From the NCBI RefSeq assembly GCF_001194135.2, contig NC_068983.1, positions 35,660,705-35,724,704 on the forward strand: 64,000 nt of DNA. Reading direction: 5' to 3'. How positions within the stretch are numbered: position 1 is the stretch's first letter; every line of letters starts with the position of its first letter. This document shows positions 26,917 to 40,669 of the stretch, piece by piece. The stretch comes from Octopus bimaculoides. Taxonomy: Eukaryota. A program made the translations under genes and the position numbers. The notes beneath the pieces are model-generated. The model made no database searches and was not told the origin of the DNA. It saw only the letters and a program-made list of their open reading frames with translations.

Positions 26917-27260
26917 AAGAAGAGATTGCCTGTGAACACTGATACGATTACATCAAGAATTAATCAAGCTGGTCCTTTGAAACACACAGCAACAGGTAGA
27001 GGTATGGCTGCTTATTTCCTGATCACACGGTTTTAGGTTCAGTCCCTACTGAGCGGAACCTTAGACAAGTGTCTTCTACAATACAATAACCCTGAGCTGA
27101 CCAAAGTCTTGTGAGTGGATTTAATAAATGGAATCTGAAAGAAATCCCCATCATGTATATATATGTACGTGTGTGTATGTACAAACACATGTGCATGCGT
27201 GTGCGTGTGCACACACACACACGCAAATAGCTACATTAGCCCTTTTTATATATATCTACT

Positions 27261-27610
27261 CTTTTACTTGTTTCAGTTATTTGACTACAGCCATACTGGA
27301 GCACTGCCTTTAGTCAAGCAAACGATCCCAGGACTTACTCTTTGTAAGCCTAGTACTTATTCTATTGGTCTTATTTGCCAAACTGCTAAGTGATCAGCAT
27401 CAGTTGTCAAGCAATGGTGGAGGGAGCAAACACAGACACACAAACACACATATATACAACAAGCTTCTTTCAGTTTTTGTCTACCAAGTCTACTTACAAG
27501 GCTTTGGTCAGCCTGAGGCTATAGAAAACACTTGCCCAATATGCCACACAGTGGGACTGAACTCAGAACCATGTGGTTGGTAAGCAAGCTACTTACCACA
27601 CAGCCACTCC
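27261..27610 (-). mobile_element. SINE family K (head plus module S)
   Basis: Reverse complement of the 26416-26916 structure. Confidence 0.85.
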
Positions 27611-27619
27611 TACTATATA

Positions 27620-27668
<49 letters not shown>

Positions 27669-28405
27669 TCTCTCTCTCTCTCTATATATATATAATGAAT
27701 GTATTTGTGTGTTTGTGTTTGCTCTCTGCCACTACTTGACAACCAATATTGTTTAACTCTCCACAACTTAGAGGTTTGGCAAAAGAGACTGAGAGAATAA
27801 GTAACAGGCTTAAGAAAAACAGGTACCGGGGTTGAGAACCATTCAAGGCAGTGCTCCAGCATGGCCACAGGCCAATGACTGGAACACATATAAGAAAAGA
27901 TAAAAGGTAACAGTATATGTGTATTTTGTTGGGCTATGATGACTCTACCACAACACAGGGGAAAATGGGTTCCTTGAAAATATCTCTACTGAAGACAAAC
28001 AATAGCATTAGTTTAGATTATCAGTGACTCCTACCTACTTCCTAAGTACCCCTATCAGTTACTCCTACTTCCTGTTTCCTCAAACACTTGAAACTGGGAC
28101 AGGAAACAAAACCCTTTATTGATCATGTTTAATAAGGTCTATGTTGGAATATGTGTGTTAGCTGGGTGGTTGGTTCAACAGGCAAAAGTGATATGCATAT
28201 AGCTTCAAGGCACAACAATGTCCTATGATACATTTATATGTATCAGCATATGGGTGGGTGTGTGTGAGAGAGAGAGACAGACGGACAGACAGAGAGAGGA
28301 GTGGAGCTATTTGGACACATGAATGATAAACAGCTGAATAATGACAGCATCAGATTTTGCAAAGTTCTTTAAAAAATCAAATAAGTGTGTGTGTGTGTGT
28401 GTATC

Positions 28406-28461
<56 letters not shown>

Positions 28462-29159
28462 TGCACGCATGTGTGCTATAAAGAGAGAGGTGAGTCTTGG
28501 ATATTTTCAGGCAGGAATCCTCTTTACAGAAATGAAAAGTGAGTTGGAAGGTTAGACAATAAATAGGTGGGAAGTCAAAGTATAAAGTGAAGAATTAAAA
28601 TAAAAAAAAAACAGCACCTTGGGCAGGTATCTTCTACGATAACCACCGACTGACCAAAGCCTCGTGCATGGACTTGGTAGATGGAAACTGAAGGAAGCCC
28701 GTTGTGTGTGTGTTGTGTGTGCATGTGTTTCATCCACTATTGCTTGACAACTGATGTTGGTATGTTTCCATCCCTACAACTTAGCAGCTTGATTTGATTG
28801 ACTAAAAATCTAATGTGGTGCCCCAGCATGTCTTCAGTCAGATGACGGAAACAAGTAAAAGATGAAAGACAAGAGTAGGATATAAAAGAATCATTGCGAA
28901 TACGCATGGAAACAGGTGAAGGTTGGTAAAAGGAAGGGCATCTGGCCATAGAAAATTGGCCTCAATGAATCCCATCTGATCCATGCCAACATGAAAAAGT
29001 TGACGTTAAAATGATGAAGATAGCTCAACTAATACATGTTACCTAATTAATGCTATTAAAAGAAAGAACTTCTGTGGTCTCTCAACTCAATAAAATCACC
29101 ATCCAAAATCTCCCCCGTGTTCATAAGAGGATGGACACATTAGATTAGTGGTTTACAAC

Positions 29160-29530
29160 NNNNNNNNNNNNNNNNNNNNNNNNNNNNNNNNNNNNNNNNN
29201 NNNNNNNNNNNNNNNNNNNNNNNNNNNNNNNNNNNNNNNNNNNNNNNNNNNNNNNNNNNNNNNNNNNNNNNNNNNNNNNNNNNNNNNNNNNNNNNNNNNN
29301 NNNNNNNNNNNNNNNNNNNNNNNNNNNNNNNNNNNNNNNNNNNNNNNNNNNNNNNNNNNNNNNNNNNNNNNNNNNNNNNNNNNNNNNNNNNNNNNNNNNN
29401 NNNNNNNNNNNNNNNNNNNNNNNNNNNNNNNNNNNNNNNNNNNNNNNNNNNNNNNNNNNNNNNNNNNNNNNNNNNNNNNNNNNNNNNNNNNNNNNNNNNN
29501 NNNNNNNNNNNNNNNNNNNNNNNNNNNNNN
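29160..29530. other. Assembly gap (N run)
   Basis: 371 Ns. Confidence 1.
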
Positions 29531-30709
29531 ATGCGATATGATATGCTTGAGAAGACCTGTTGAGTCAAGTAAAACCAGTATCGTAGCTGTGACCACTGCT
29601 GCCTGACTGGCTCCCATGCTGGTGGCACGTAAAAAGCACCATCCAAATGTGGTCGATGCCAGGTCCGTCTGACTGGCTCTTGTGCCAGTAGCATGTAAAA
29701 AGCATTCACTACACTCTCGGAGTGGTTGGTATAAGGAAGGGCATCCAGGTGTAGAAACATTGTCATATCAGATTGGAGCCTTGTACAGCTGCTGGCTCTC
29801 CAGACCTCAGCCAAACCATCCAACCCATGCCAGCATGGAAAACGGATGTTAAACAATGATTATGATGATAATGAATGAAAATTCATAAAATAATAAAGAC
29901 ATTTTCTAATATACATACATGATGGCTGTCTATTTGTTAGACGATCATGACCATTGCCGACAGGCTGATTTAAAACTGATTGTTCCCACGAACGTGAGAT
30001 CAACAGTGACTCATGAAGCTGGCAAGAGACCTACCCAGTATGCCACAAAGACTGCAAACTAAATCTGTGGTTTTGGTCTAACAGTTAGGCTACTCAAGTG
30101 GAAGATCAGAATGAGTTTTTAAATGTTTAATGAGTCTGAAGTGGCTCTTGCAGACTTTACTGCATACATCATGGGTTAGTGGGTGAGTAATAACAAATTG
30201 AGCATCATCTAGATATCTATTTATATATATATTGTTGTAACATGACACCCCCTTGCAAGAAATAGACTTGACCAAGCGATTATAAATAGTAGTGGTTGGA
30301 GTAAAGTTTGTGTGAGTTTGAGTTGAGTTCACAGTGAAGTCAGAAGGTGTTGGCTGTTTAGTTTGTTTGGAATATTGATTGTTGGATTGTTATTATGGCT
30401 GCATCATTATCTTGTTTACTGTTATAACACTGGTATAGTGTATCAAAACCATATGGCACAATGTTGTGGCAGTACGACATTGGACACGGAGAATATAACA
30501 CACACACACATATAGCATTCTGTATATCTTACTAAACACAGATATACTATAGAAAGGCACAAAACTGTATATTTGTCTTGAGAAAGCTTCTTGTATAGAC
30601 CTATAGTGTGCTAAAAAGCACAGAAATTATAGCGCTAAAAAGCATCCAATGTTAATATGCTTAGAGATCCACAGTTCCCAAAAAAGATTATATCTATAGA
30701 GCAAAAGAC

Positions 30710-30768
<59 letters not shown>

Positions 30769-30775
<7 letters not shown>

Positions 30776-30870
30776 ACTTGGGGATGGTCATATTGCCAGT
30801 TTAGCCAATAAAAACACACGCACTGTATATTTGGCTAAACTGGCAATATGACCATCCCCAAGTACAACAA
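30769..30870. repeat. Perfect 40-bp inverted repeat with a 22-nt loop
   Basis: 30769-30808 TTGTTGTACTTGGGGATGGTCATATTGCCAGTTTAGCCAA is the exact reverse complement of 30831-30870. Confidence 0.97.
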
Positions 30871-31502
30871 CATCTGTTTCAACACACGATTTCACATAAA
30901 AAATCTTGCAAAACAAATATATATATATATATATATATATCAAAAGACATTTATATGAATCAAAAGATATTTACAGCAAAATATAGTTATGGAAGTATTA
31001 AAAAACTAACAAAACAAGGAATAATATATACATATCATTTAAATGCTAACAGGACTTCTGAATTGCCATTTGTGTGTGTCATTTGCTGATATATAACAGA
31101 GAAGGATGTAAAGCATTGGTGAGTAAACCAAAGAATTGGTGCTTTTCAACAAAAAGCTTTGCAATATTTGTTCTGCACCAAGTTACATATTCTCTCTCAC
31201 ACTTTCTCTCTCTCTCTCTCATTATCAGAAATGCTGGGGTCCATTGGCAATGAGTGAATAAATAAATAAATGAAATATCAGCTTGGTAGAACAGATCCCT
31301 CTCTAAGAAACTGTCTGGAGTCAAACTTAGCACCATAAAGTAACAAACACTTGGGACACTTCTTAGTGTTGTTGCTGGTTATAACAGTGAGTTGTTCCGA
31401 CTTGCGAAAATTTATTTGAACCAAGTCCAAGAATGACTAGACTATTTGACAGATGATTTACATGAACCTGAACACAATGAGCTCAATATGAATTACTAAC
31501 CT

Positions 31503-31977
31503 TTAACCCTTTTGACACCAACCTGCCTGAAACTGCCTCTGGCTCTGTAGTATATCTTATTTTCAAAAGTTCTGAATTAAAATCTTCCACCAAACCTTAG
31601 TCATAATTTATGTTCCTAACACTAGCTTAATGACAATTTAGTTATTTTACTAAATTCTTTGTTATATTTAAAGTAATTGAAAGAAACACATTGAAGCTCA
31701 CTAGAAATATGATAAAAAAAGGGTTAAAATATATAATAGAGAAACAATTCTTAATCCTTTTGATACCAACCTGGCTGAAACCGCTTCTGGTTCTGTAGTA
31801 TAAATGTCTTGTTTTCAAAAGTTCTGAATTAAAATCTTCCACCAACCCTTAATCACAATTTATGTTCATAACACTAGCTTAATGACAATTTAGTTGTTTT
31901 ACTAAATTTGTTATATTTAAAATTAATTGAAAGAAACACAGATCATCTCAACAGAAATATGGGAACAAAAGGGATAA
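31503..31977 (+). mobile_element. Head-to-tail dimer of a piggyBac-like MITE (units 31503-31727 and 31751-31977, 23-nt spacer)
   Basis: Units run TTAA-CCCTTTTG...CAAAAGGG-TTAA (some ends decayed). A TTAA target and CCC/GGG termini are piggyBac hallmarks. Strand is arbitrary. Confidence 0.75.
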
Positions 31978-32186
31978 AACAGTTATCCAGTACATTATAG
32001 ACTACTGACTCAGTGAGCTGTGCTCCTGCATATCAATGTACTTCTGTGAATCATACACATCTCAGTTGCTATGTTTCACGAGCATTCAATGTCATACTTT
32101 CGACACTGCCTAACACACAATCTACTTTATGTTTACATTATTTATATTCAGTTGTGTAAATAGATGTGGAGGAATAGATTCCAGAT

Positions 32187-32360
32187 AAGGCAAGCTGGCA
32201 GAATCATTAGTATGTGGGGCGAAATGCTTAATGGTATTTCGTCCGTCTTTACATTCTGAGTTCAAATTCCACTGAGGTCGACTTTGCCTTTCATCCTGTT
32301 GGGGGTTGATAAAATAAGTACCAGTTGAGCACTGGAGTGGATGTAATCAACTTAACTACT
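32187..32360 (+). mobile_element. SINE family M copy
   Basis: Same head and GTCGACTTTGCCTTTCATCC core as 23304-23520. Confidence 0.8.
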
Positions 32361-33421
32361 CCTAGGTATGAGTATAAAGACCAAATTTCTCTTCCAAGCC
32401 ATGTTGAGTTAGTGTGGCAAAGTAGGCTCATCAAACAGTATGATTTCAAACCATTCTCTGGTGGAGAGAACATGCTGAGAAGGTCTTCCTCTCAAAGTGA
32501 ACAGAACAAAGGCAATCCAATCTAACAGAGTTTTATTTCATTTATTGTGTGTATAGACTTGATTATTAACATGAGAGAGACAGGCAGACAGAAAGGGACT
32601 GCAGTGGATGCCATGTGACCAGGAAAACAAAGTAACTGATCATTAATAGCACAGCGACATTTTACATCATGGACAAAGTGCTATCTTTTTATACACACAC
32701 ACACACACACATTCCCTTCAAACAAGAGTTTAGAATAAGAATACTTCTAATTAGCCAGTTTACATTTTAAACAATACTTACAGAATTATTAATATTTAAA
32801 AACACACACAAAAAAAAAAAATGGGAATAAATATTTCAGTAAATACATATCTCAGTGTTAGATATGTCTTAAATCTGCAGGCAAAGTTATAATTAATTTT
32901 TCAAAAGACTTTCAAATTTGCTTCAGCTGAACCAGCAGAAATGAGTTATGAATTATATGATTGCTTGTTGTTTAGAAGTAGATTTAGGTCAATGATTTAC
33001 TAAAATGTCACTAAAACAACTATGTAGAATGGAGAATACTGTCTTATTTTGGCTCTCTCTGCAGAGTTTAGTAGTACTGTTGCTGAGTGGAATGTTAAAA
33101 ACACAAATGATTGTATGTGTAACAGGAGTGGGAAGGCAGTAATTTATGCACAATTAGTGACGGACTTCTCAGTTGGTTTTAACTAATGATGTTGATGGTC
33201 TCTTGAGGCCAATACATTAGAAGTCCAGCACTAGTAGGATTGGTAAACTTACATTGTGACAATTATTTTGAGAAACTCATCAAGCTAGATTCTGGTTAGA
33301 CAAGAGGCTGATTTATTTATGGAAAGCAGATGTAATTTATATTTGAGGTAACCATAAAAAGTTTTTGTTTATCAACCATGTGGTTTGGGTTCAGTTGCAT
33401 TGCATGGCACGTGTGTGTGTG

Positions 33422-33514
<93 letters not shown>

Positions 33515-34605
33515 TTTGATATACATCATCATCATCGTTGTTTAACGTTCACTTTCCATGCTGGCATGAGTTGGACAGTTTGACTGAGGACTGGCAAGTC
33601 AGAAGGTTGTACCAGGCTCCAATCTGATCTGGCAAGGTTTCTACAGCTGGTTGCCCTTCCTAATATCAACCACTCCAAGAATAGATAAAAGTGAGTTTTA
33701 TTGTCATACAGGTGGTGTCTTCCATGAAAGTATATCTGGCCACGAATATGCATGGAAACAGGTGAAGGTTGGTAAAAGGAAGGGTATCTGGCCATAGAAA
33801 ATTGGAATCCCATCTGACCCATGCTAACATGAAAAAGTGGACGTTAAAATTATGAAGATAGCTCAGCTAATACATATTACCAAATTAATGCCTCTCATTT
33901 CATTTATTCATTTACTTGTTCCAGTCATCTGACTGCAGCCATGCTAGAGCACCACCTTTAGTAGAACAAATCGACTTCAGGACTTATTCTTTGTAAGCCT
34001 AGTACTTATTCTATCGGTCTCTTTTGCTGAACTGCTAAGTTACAGGGATGTAAACACACCAACATCGATTGTCAAGCGATTGTGGGTTGGTGGGGGAGAA
34101 GCACAGACACACACACAAATATATACATACATATCATCATCATTGTTTAGCGTCAGTTTTTCATGCTGGCATGGGTTGGACGGTTTGACTGAGGTCTGGA
34201 AAGCCAGTGGCTGCACCAGGCTCTTTATCTGAACTGGCAATGTTTCTACAGCTGGATGCCCTTCCTAATGCCTACCACTCTGAAAGTGTAGCGGGTGCTT
34301 TTTACATGCCACCAGCACAGGAGCCAGTCAGGCATGCTTGGCATCGATTACATTCGGATAATGCTTTTTATGTTTCACTGGCATGGGAGCCAGTCAGGGG
34401 CAATGGCATCAGCCACAATCAAGTAAAACTCCTGAAAGAAGTGTCCAATCACAACCAGAGTTAAAACAATTGAAACTAATAAAAGAATATAAAAAAAAAG
34501 AAAAAGAAACTCACTTTAGCAGTACCATCTTCATGAACTAGAACATTTCATGAAGCAAAACCCGGTGAACTAAATTCTTGGCTTCCAAATATGCCATTCC
34601 TGCAT

Positions 34606-34763
34606 GAGCTTTTTTCAGTTTCCGTCTACCAAATCCACTCACAAGGCTTTGGTTGGCCCGAGGCTATAATAGTAGACACTTGCCCAAGGTGCCACGCAAT
34701 GGAACTGAACCCACAACCATGTGGTTGGGAAGCAAGCTTCTTACCACACAGCCACGCTGCGCC
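34606..34763 (-). mobile_element. SINE family K head, well preserved
   Basis: TTTCAGTTTCCGTCTACCAAATCCACTCACAAGGCTTTGG...ACTTGCCCAAGGTGCCAC...CCACACAGCCACG. Further K heads lie at about 14120-14290, 15680-15825, 25944-26100, 26999-27150, 28610-28710, 37435-37580 and 46750-46865. Confidence 0.85.
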
Positions 34764-37700
34764 TGGTGATATTTGAATTCTGGATATCATTTCTGCCAAC
34801 TCCTAAATTTCTACAGTCAAGTTTTGTGTTTATAAAATCTCAGACAACAAACTCAATACAGTCTGCAAACAATTTGTTTAGATTTTTGTGTAGTTGAGTT
34901 TTGCCAAGTGTCAAAAATATGTTTTAAATCTTGCAACAATGTTACTCACAATAGACTAGATATCTTAATTTTCCATGTAAACATGTTATTTAGCCCCTGG
35001 TCAGACCTGGTTATGGCAACCTTGATCAACAATCACACCAACTGTTTTTTTTTTTTTGTTATTCAAACCCAGTGCTTTTAGGATCACATTATCTGATGGT
35101 TCTTTTCTTTTTAAGATGGATGTTAAATGATGATAAAGATGGTAGAATGTGATTTAACCCTTTTGAACTCAACCCACCAGAACCTGCCCCTTTTTCTACA
35201 ATACAAAATCACTGCTTTAAAGTGATCTAAAAGCCATCCATCAAAATTCAGTGTTAATTTATAGTTGAAACACTCACTTAATAACAACTAAGTTATTTTA
35301 ATAAATCCTTTATTATTTTCAAAATTAACTGAAAGCAAAGCAGTGTATTTCAACAAAAATATGGCAGCAAACAGATTAAAAAAGATTTTGTTATTTCTAA
35401 CATGCTGAATGACAATGATAGAGAGATTGTCTCTCACACTGGTTTGCAGTAAACATGTAGAAAGTCTAGGCTTGTCCATTAAGCCAGTGAATTTATTGGT
35501 ATTTCAGCACCACTAATTTGTTTTGCTGCAGCTTATGACTGAGTTTCATCAAAGGACAAGGTAGTTTTTGATTTTATTGAACATACTGCATTACTATAAA
35601 TCACTGCACTTCCTAAATACACACTTAGCTTTGTCTTGAAGTGGAAACAGAATTTATTTATTACCACTACAGGCTGGGAAGTCCTTCAACTTTTTCAAAA
35701 CTTATTCACAGACGATGCTTTTTAGCAAACAAAACCCAGGCTGTTGTTAATTTACTGACGAATTGTCACATACTCAGTATGAGATATTGAGTACACACAC
35801 ATATGCTTTCATTGTTTTACTAGTTTCAGTCATTGGAATGTTGCCCTGCCAGAACACTGCCTCCAAAAGTTTAGTTTTTGCTAACAGGCATTATATTTAA
35901 AAGACATAAGACTACTGCCACTTATTCCTCCTCTCTGTGCTCTGAGTTCAAACTCCACCAAGGTCAATTTTGTCTTTCATCCTTTCAGGGTTGATAAAAA
36001 TAGTACCAACCCAGAACATTGGAGTGATAGAACTGCAAAAATATCAAACCAGATGTCTGGTGGTATTTGTCTCAATTTCTTGTGTTCTTCAATTCAAATC
36101 TTACCATCTCCTACCTGGGTGATGGACTTAATCCATCACCAACTTTAACACTACCACCTGGCACTTTGGGTACTTTTAGCTGAAACTACTCTGTTGCAAA
36201 CATTCAGGAAGGTCTCTGATTGAAGAATAACTCTCTCCTTCTCTCTCTCCCTCTAGTTTCAAGGACCTTGTAAAGAATTTTGAGAACTGCCTCCCCTCTT
36301 GAGTAAAAGATAAAAAAATAATTAATTTGACATGATAAAAGAATCATATGAGAGAGCAAAGATAATTTGAGGAAACAACAGTTCCCCTGATAGAATTTGA
36401 ACAGCATATCTTCCACACACAGAGTGTGATATTTGTTTGTTATTCAACTGAATGAGAGGATGCATGTCCTAGTGGTTAGGGCATTGCACTTGCAAATTGT
36501 GAGATCATAGTTTTAATTCCTGGACTGGATGGTGTTTTTGTTTCCAATCTTCCATGGGAACATGAGGAGATATTACCTTAGTCGGAAACAGGTGACGGTT
36601 GGCAACTGAAAGAGGATCCAGCCATAGAAAATTTGTTTTAATAAATTTCATCCAACACATGCAAGCATGGAAAAGTGGATGCTAAACCAATGTTGTTGAT
36701 GATGATGAAAACAATGTTATTTTCTGCATAACTTTCACAGCAGTCTGCATCTATTCACTTTTGACTGTTCAATATCTAATTCAGTGCACAACTGGCAGCA
36801 ATAATAATGCAGCAACCAGTCAGTGAAAAAGATGAGCAAGCTGTTTAAAATAAGCAGGGCAGACTAAGCAAAAGAAAAACATGAAATTCAAGTAGATAGA
36901 TCTGAGAAATTTTGAAATACAATACAGAGAGGACCTGTATAGTCTATACAGACATAAAAAAATGGACTTAAAATTAATTATGTTGTTGACTTTACATTTC
37001 TAAATATTAATTAATATTACTATGTACCTACTTATTAACTGTATTGCTGTCTGCACCTGCAGTTAATGATACTGTACTGAGTAATTAGATCAAGTAGTCT
37101 TTACTTTGCAGACCCCCACTTTCTTCTCGTAAACTCATTACTAGTAAAATGTACACTAAAAGACCCTCTGGAAATAAGGACAAAACCAACTAGCATAATC
37201 TTTCATCTTTTTTTTTTTTTTTACTTATTTTGGTTACTAGAATGCAACCATGCTGGAGCATTGCCTTGAAGGATTTTGGTAAAAAAAAAAAATCAACTCC
37301 AGTACTTATTTTTCATTTAAGTCTGGTACATATTCTGTCTCTTTTGCCAAAACGCTATGTTATGGGGATATAAACAAACCAACACCAATTGCCAAGAAGT
37401 GATGGAAACAAATGCATGCACACACGTGCACACAAACAGGCTTCTATAAGTTCTATCAAAATCAAGCACAAAGCATTAGTTGGTTCAGGGTTATAGAAAA
37501 CACTTGCTCAAGGTGCCACACAAGGGGATTGAACCTAGAACTACTTGATTGCAAAGCAAGCTTGTTAACCACACAACCATGCCAGTGTCTGTGCACTGTC
37601 ACGTTTGTGTCTAAGAGAGAGAGAAAAAAAAGAATGGACAAAGCGGTGGGTTTATTGAATGATGCTATCAGAAGCCCATGACCATTTTCAGGGCTTTTGA

Positions 37701-37944
37701 GACTGGTGAGAGGAACAGAGGAAGTTATGGCCAGACTAGACACATGGCCTGAATGCTTGCAGCAGAGCAGACTCTGTTGAAGGCACTCCAGGACCAGGTG
37801 GTGGCATTGGTGGTATTAAAGCAGTTGACAAGAGATTTGTTAAGTGTAGATGATGCAGTAAAACAAAAGGACATGGCACAACAATTACAGGGTGATGGAA
37901 AATGAAAGCTTGTCTATCAAACATAACTGGCACTCTGTTGGTGA

Positions 37945-38235
37945 TGCTGATGAGGGTTCCAGTTGATCCTATTAAGAGAATAGCCTGATCACGAAATGAA
38001 TGTGCAAGTGGCTGAGCACTCCATAGACACATGTATTCTTAATGTTGTTCTGAGGGAGATTCAGTGTGACACAGAATGTGACAAGGCTGGCTCTTTGAAA
38101 TACAGGTACTACTCATTTTTGCCAGCTGAATGGACTGCAGCAATCTGAAATAAAATGTCTTGCTCAAGAACACAAAACACTACTGGAAATTGAACTTGAC
38201 GACATAACAATCATGAGCCAAATAGCCTAACCACC
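37945..38235 (-). mobile_element. SINE, family R-related subfamily
   Basis: GAGGGTTCCAGTTGATC...GTGGCTGAGCACTCCA...TGTGACAAGGCTGGC...TGTCTTGCTCAAG. Confidence 0.75.
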
Positions 38236-40287
38236 TATCAAACATAATGAATGCTTGTCCATCAGATATAGTAAAAACTTCTTCGACAGACACAGTGGAG
38301 GCTTGTCCACCAGACAGTACAGTGAGGACATGTTCATCAGGCACAGTTAAGACTTGTCTGTCACATATAGCAAAATCTTAAACAGTCTGGCATCTGTGTA
38401 AAATTATGATTGTGTGTTCTTGTACAAGAGAATGTACAGGATTGTATCACTGTAATTCAACTGTGTTAAAATAAATATAAGTCTTTATATGATATATTGG
38501 TAGCTACTAGGGTTACACATAACGATGTCATTACAAAAACAGAATGTAAAACAAGAAAATCTGTAATATTTATTGATTTATCCTGAGCAATAATAATTAT
38601 CTATCTCCACATCATATACTTAGCTCAAATTAGTTTCACTAATTAAGGTGTGAACACTGCAAATTGTGTGAATTCAAAAAGAAGTGAGAATACTATGAAA
38701 GCTATCAATAATCATGAAAAAGAAAAAAAATCCATTATTTGCTAATCAAGAGTTAGGATGCCAGACATAACGGGTTAAGAGTTCATATTCTGTCACCAGC
38801 ATGGCATTATACATGTGGCCAAGAAATTTGTAATTTAATACCCCAATCTTCTTAGCTGTAAATAGATACCACCACAGACTGCAATGATGGTTTTTGTTGC
38901 TTCAATAAACAGCAGCAGAGCATATGAGTTGATGAGAGAAAGCTTCTATGTGGTTGCTTAATCTGCTAAAAATAGCAACCAAATTCTCCTCATCACACCC
39001 TCCAATGCCAAAGAGTACTAGAAGATGTAGTCAAGAAAAGAAAAAGACTGGCTAGTCATGATTATGAAGCCTATTATTCAAGGTCTGTTGGATCAGAGCA
39101 GACTTTGTGATGAACAACAACACTAAAATTCCAAAATGTTATGGTGATGAGTTCAAATCTTCCTGTGGGTGTGGTTAGAAAAAAGACAGATCCTACTTGA
39201 TCTCATTCAGATGTTGGCAGGGTTGCTAACCCATTGATGGCTACTACAGATTATGAATAGTCAAGAATCATTAACCTGACAACAACAAACAGAATGATTA
39301 ACAAAAGAATCATTGAGAGCATGAAGCTATACGGCACTTATTATAGAGGAATAATAAACTAATTAATTAACTACACCACAGCTGGTGTAACTATAACAAG
39401 TCTAAGCACCACAGCAGGTGTGACTATAACATTAGCTATCACAAAGTGTAACTATACCAAAAAGTGTAAACACTACAAATTGTGTGACTCTAGCAAGAGG
39501 TGTGATAATAGCATGTGTAAATGTTATCAGCAACCAGGAAAACAAAACCGGATAAGATAAAGTCGTTGTCCCTACATAGTTACTTGACATTCAAGAATAA
39601 GCAGACATATCTCCTCCCAAATTTTCTGTGCCATTTGTTGAGTATATAAACTGATAGGCTGCTTGTTTCTCTGCAATTCATCAACTTGATGTAGATACCT
39701 CTGATGAGAAATCAATAAGATTTGAAAATCAATTAAGGTTGGTCATCATTTTTTACAATCTACTGAGAAACAGCCAAATTAGCCCTGTTTATAAAGGTAC
39801 AATATAGGTCACACACAGACATACGTACTAGATACAGCTCATCGTTGCCTTACAACCTATCTGACTTATGGCTGATTGACTTTATGATGATTGGTGCGCC
39901 AGCACCCGGCAGCAATAATAGTCCAGTGGAAATCTAATGGGTTTAATTTCTTAGAAATTAACCCGTCTACGGATGATGTCATCTAACAAATGTTTCCCCT
40001 AGGTTTGGTTATTGATCACCACTGTGTTGGATGACTATCCTGTCATGGAGACATCGAGGCAACCGCGTATTTTTTAATAAGATGACTGCTTGAGACTCCA
40101 AAATTTTTGACTAACACCAGTATAATAGTATAATACAGAATGCTGTGTGTGACTTTTACCTGAGAATGTACCTTAAGAATGTAAAAATATAAAACAAAGC
40201 TATGTAGGATTATAGGCCAACTTACCAGTTAGTCAGAACCAATTGTGGTTGTAAGTCAATGATGACCTGTAAATTAGTTCTGAATAT

Positions 40288-40669
40288 TGTTGGCACTCCG
40301 TCGCTTACGACGTCGAGGGTTCCAGTTGATCCGATCAACGGAACAGCCTGCTTGTGAAATTAATGTGCAAGTGGCTGAGCACTCCACAGACACATGCACC
40401 CTTAACGTAGTTCTCGGGGATATTCAGCGTGACACAGTGTGACAAGGCTGACCCTTTGAATTACAGGCACAACAGAAACAGGAAGTAAGAGTGAGAGAAA
40501 GTTGTGGTGGAAGAGTATAGCAGGGTTCGCCACCATCCCCTGCCGGAGCCTCGTGGAGCTTTAGGTGTTTTCGCTCAATAAACACTCACAACGCCTGGTC
40601 TGGGAATCGAAACCGTGATCCTATAACCGCGAGTCCACTGCCCTAACCACTGGGCCATTGCACCTCCAC
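40288..40669 (-). mobile_element. Young tRNA-derived SINE, family R
   Basis: Reverse complement of the 53005 element with about 44 extra internal nt. Perfect 12-bp TSD AGTTCTGAATAT at 40276-40287 and 40670-40681. Confidence 0.92.
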
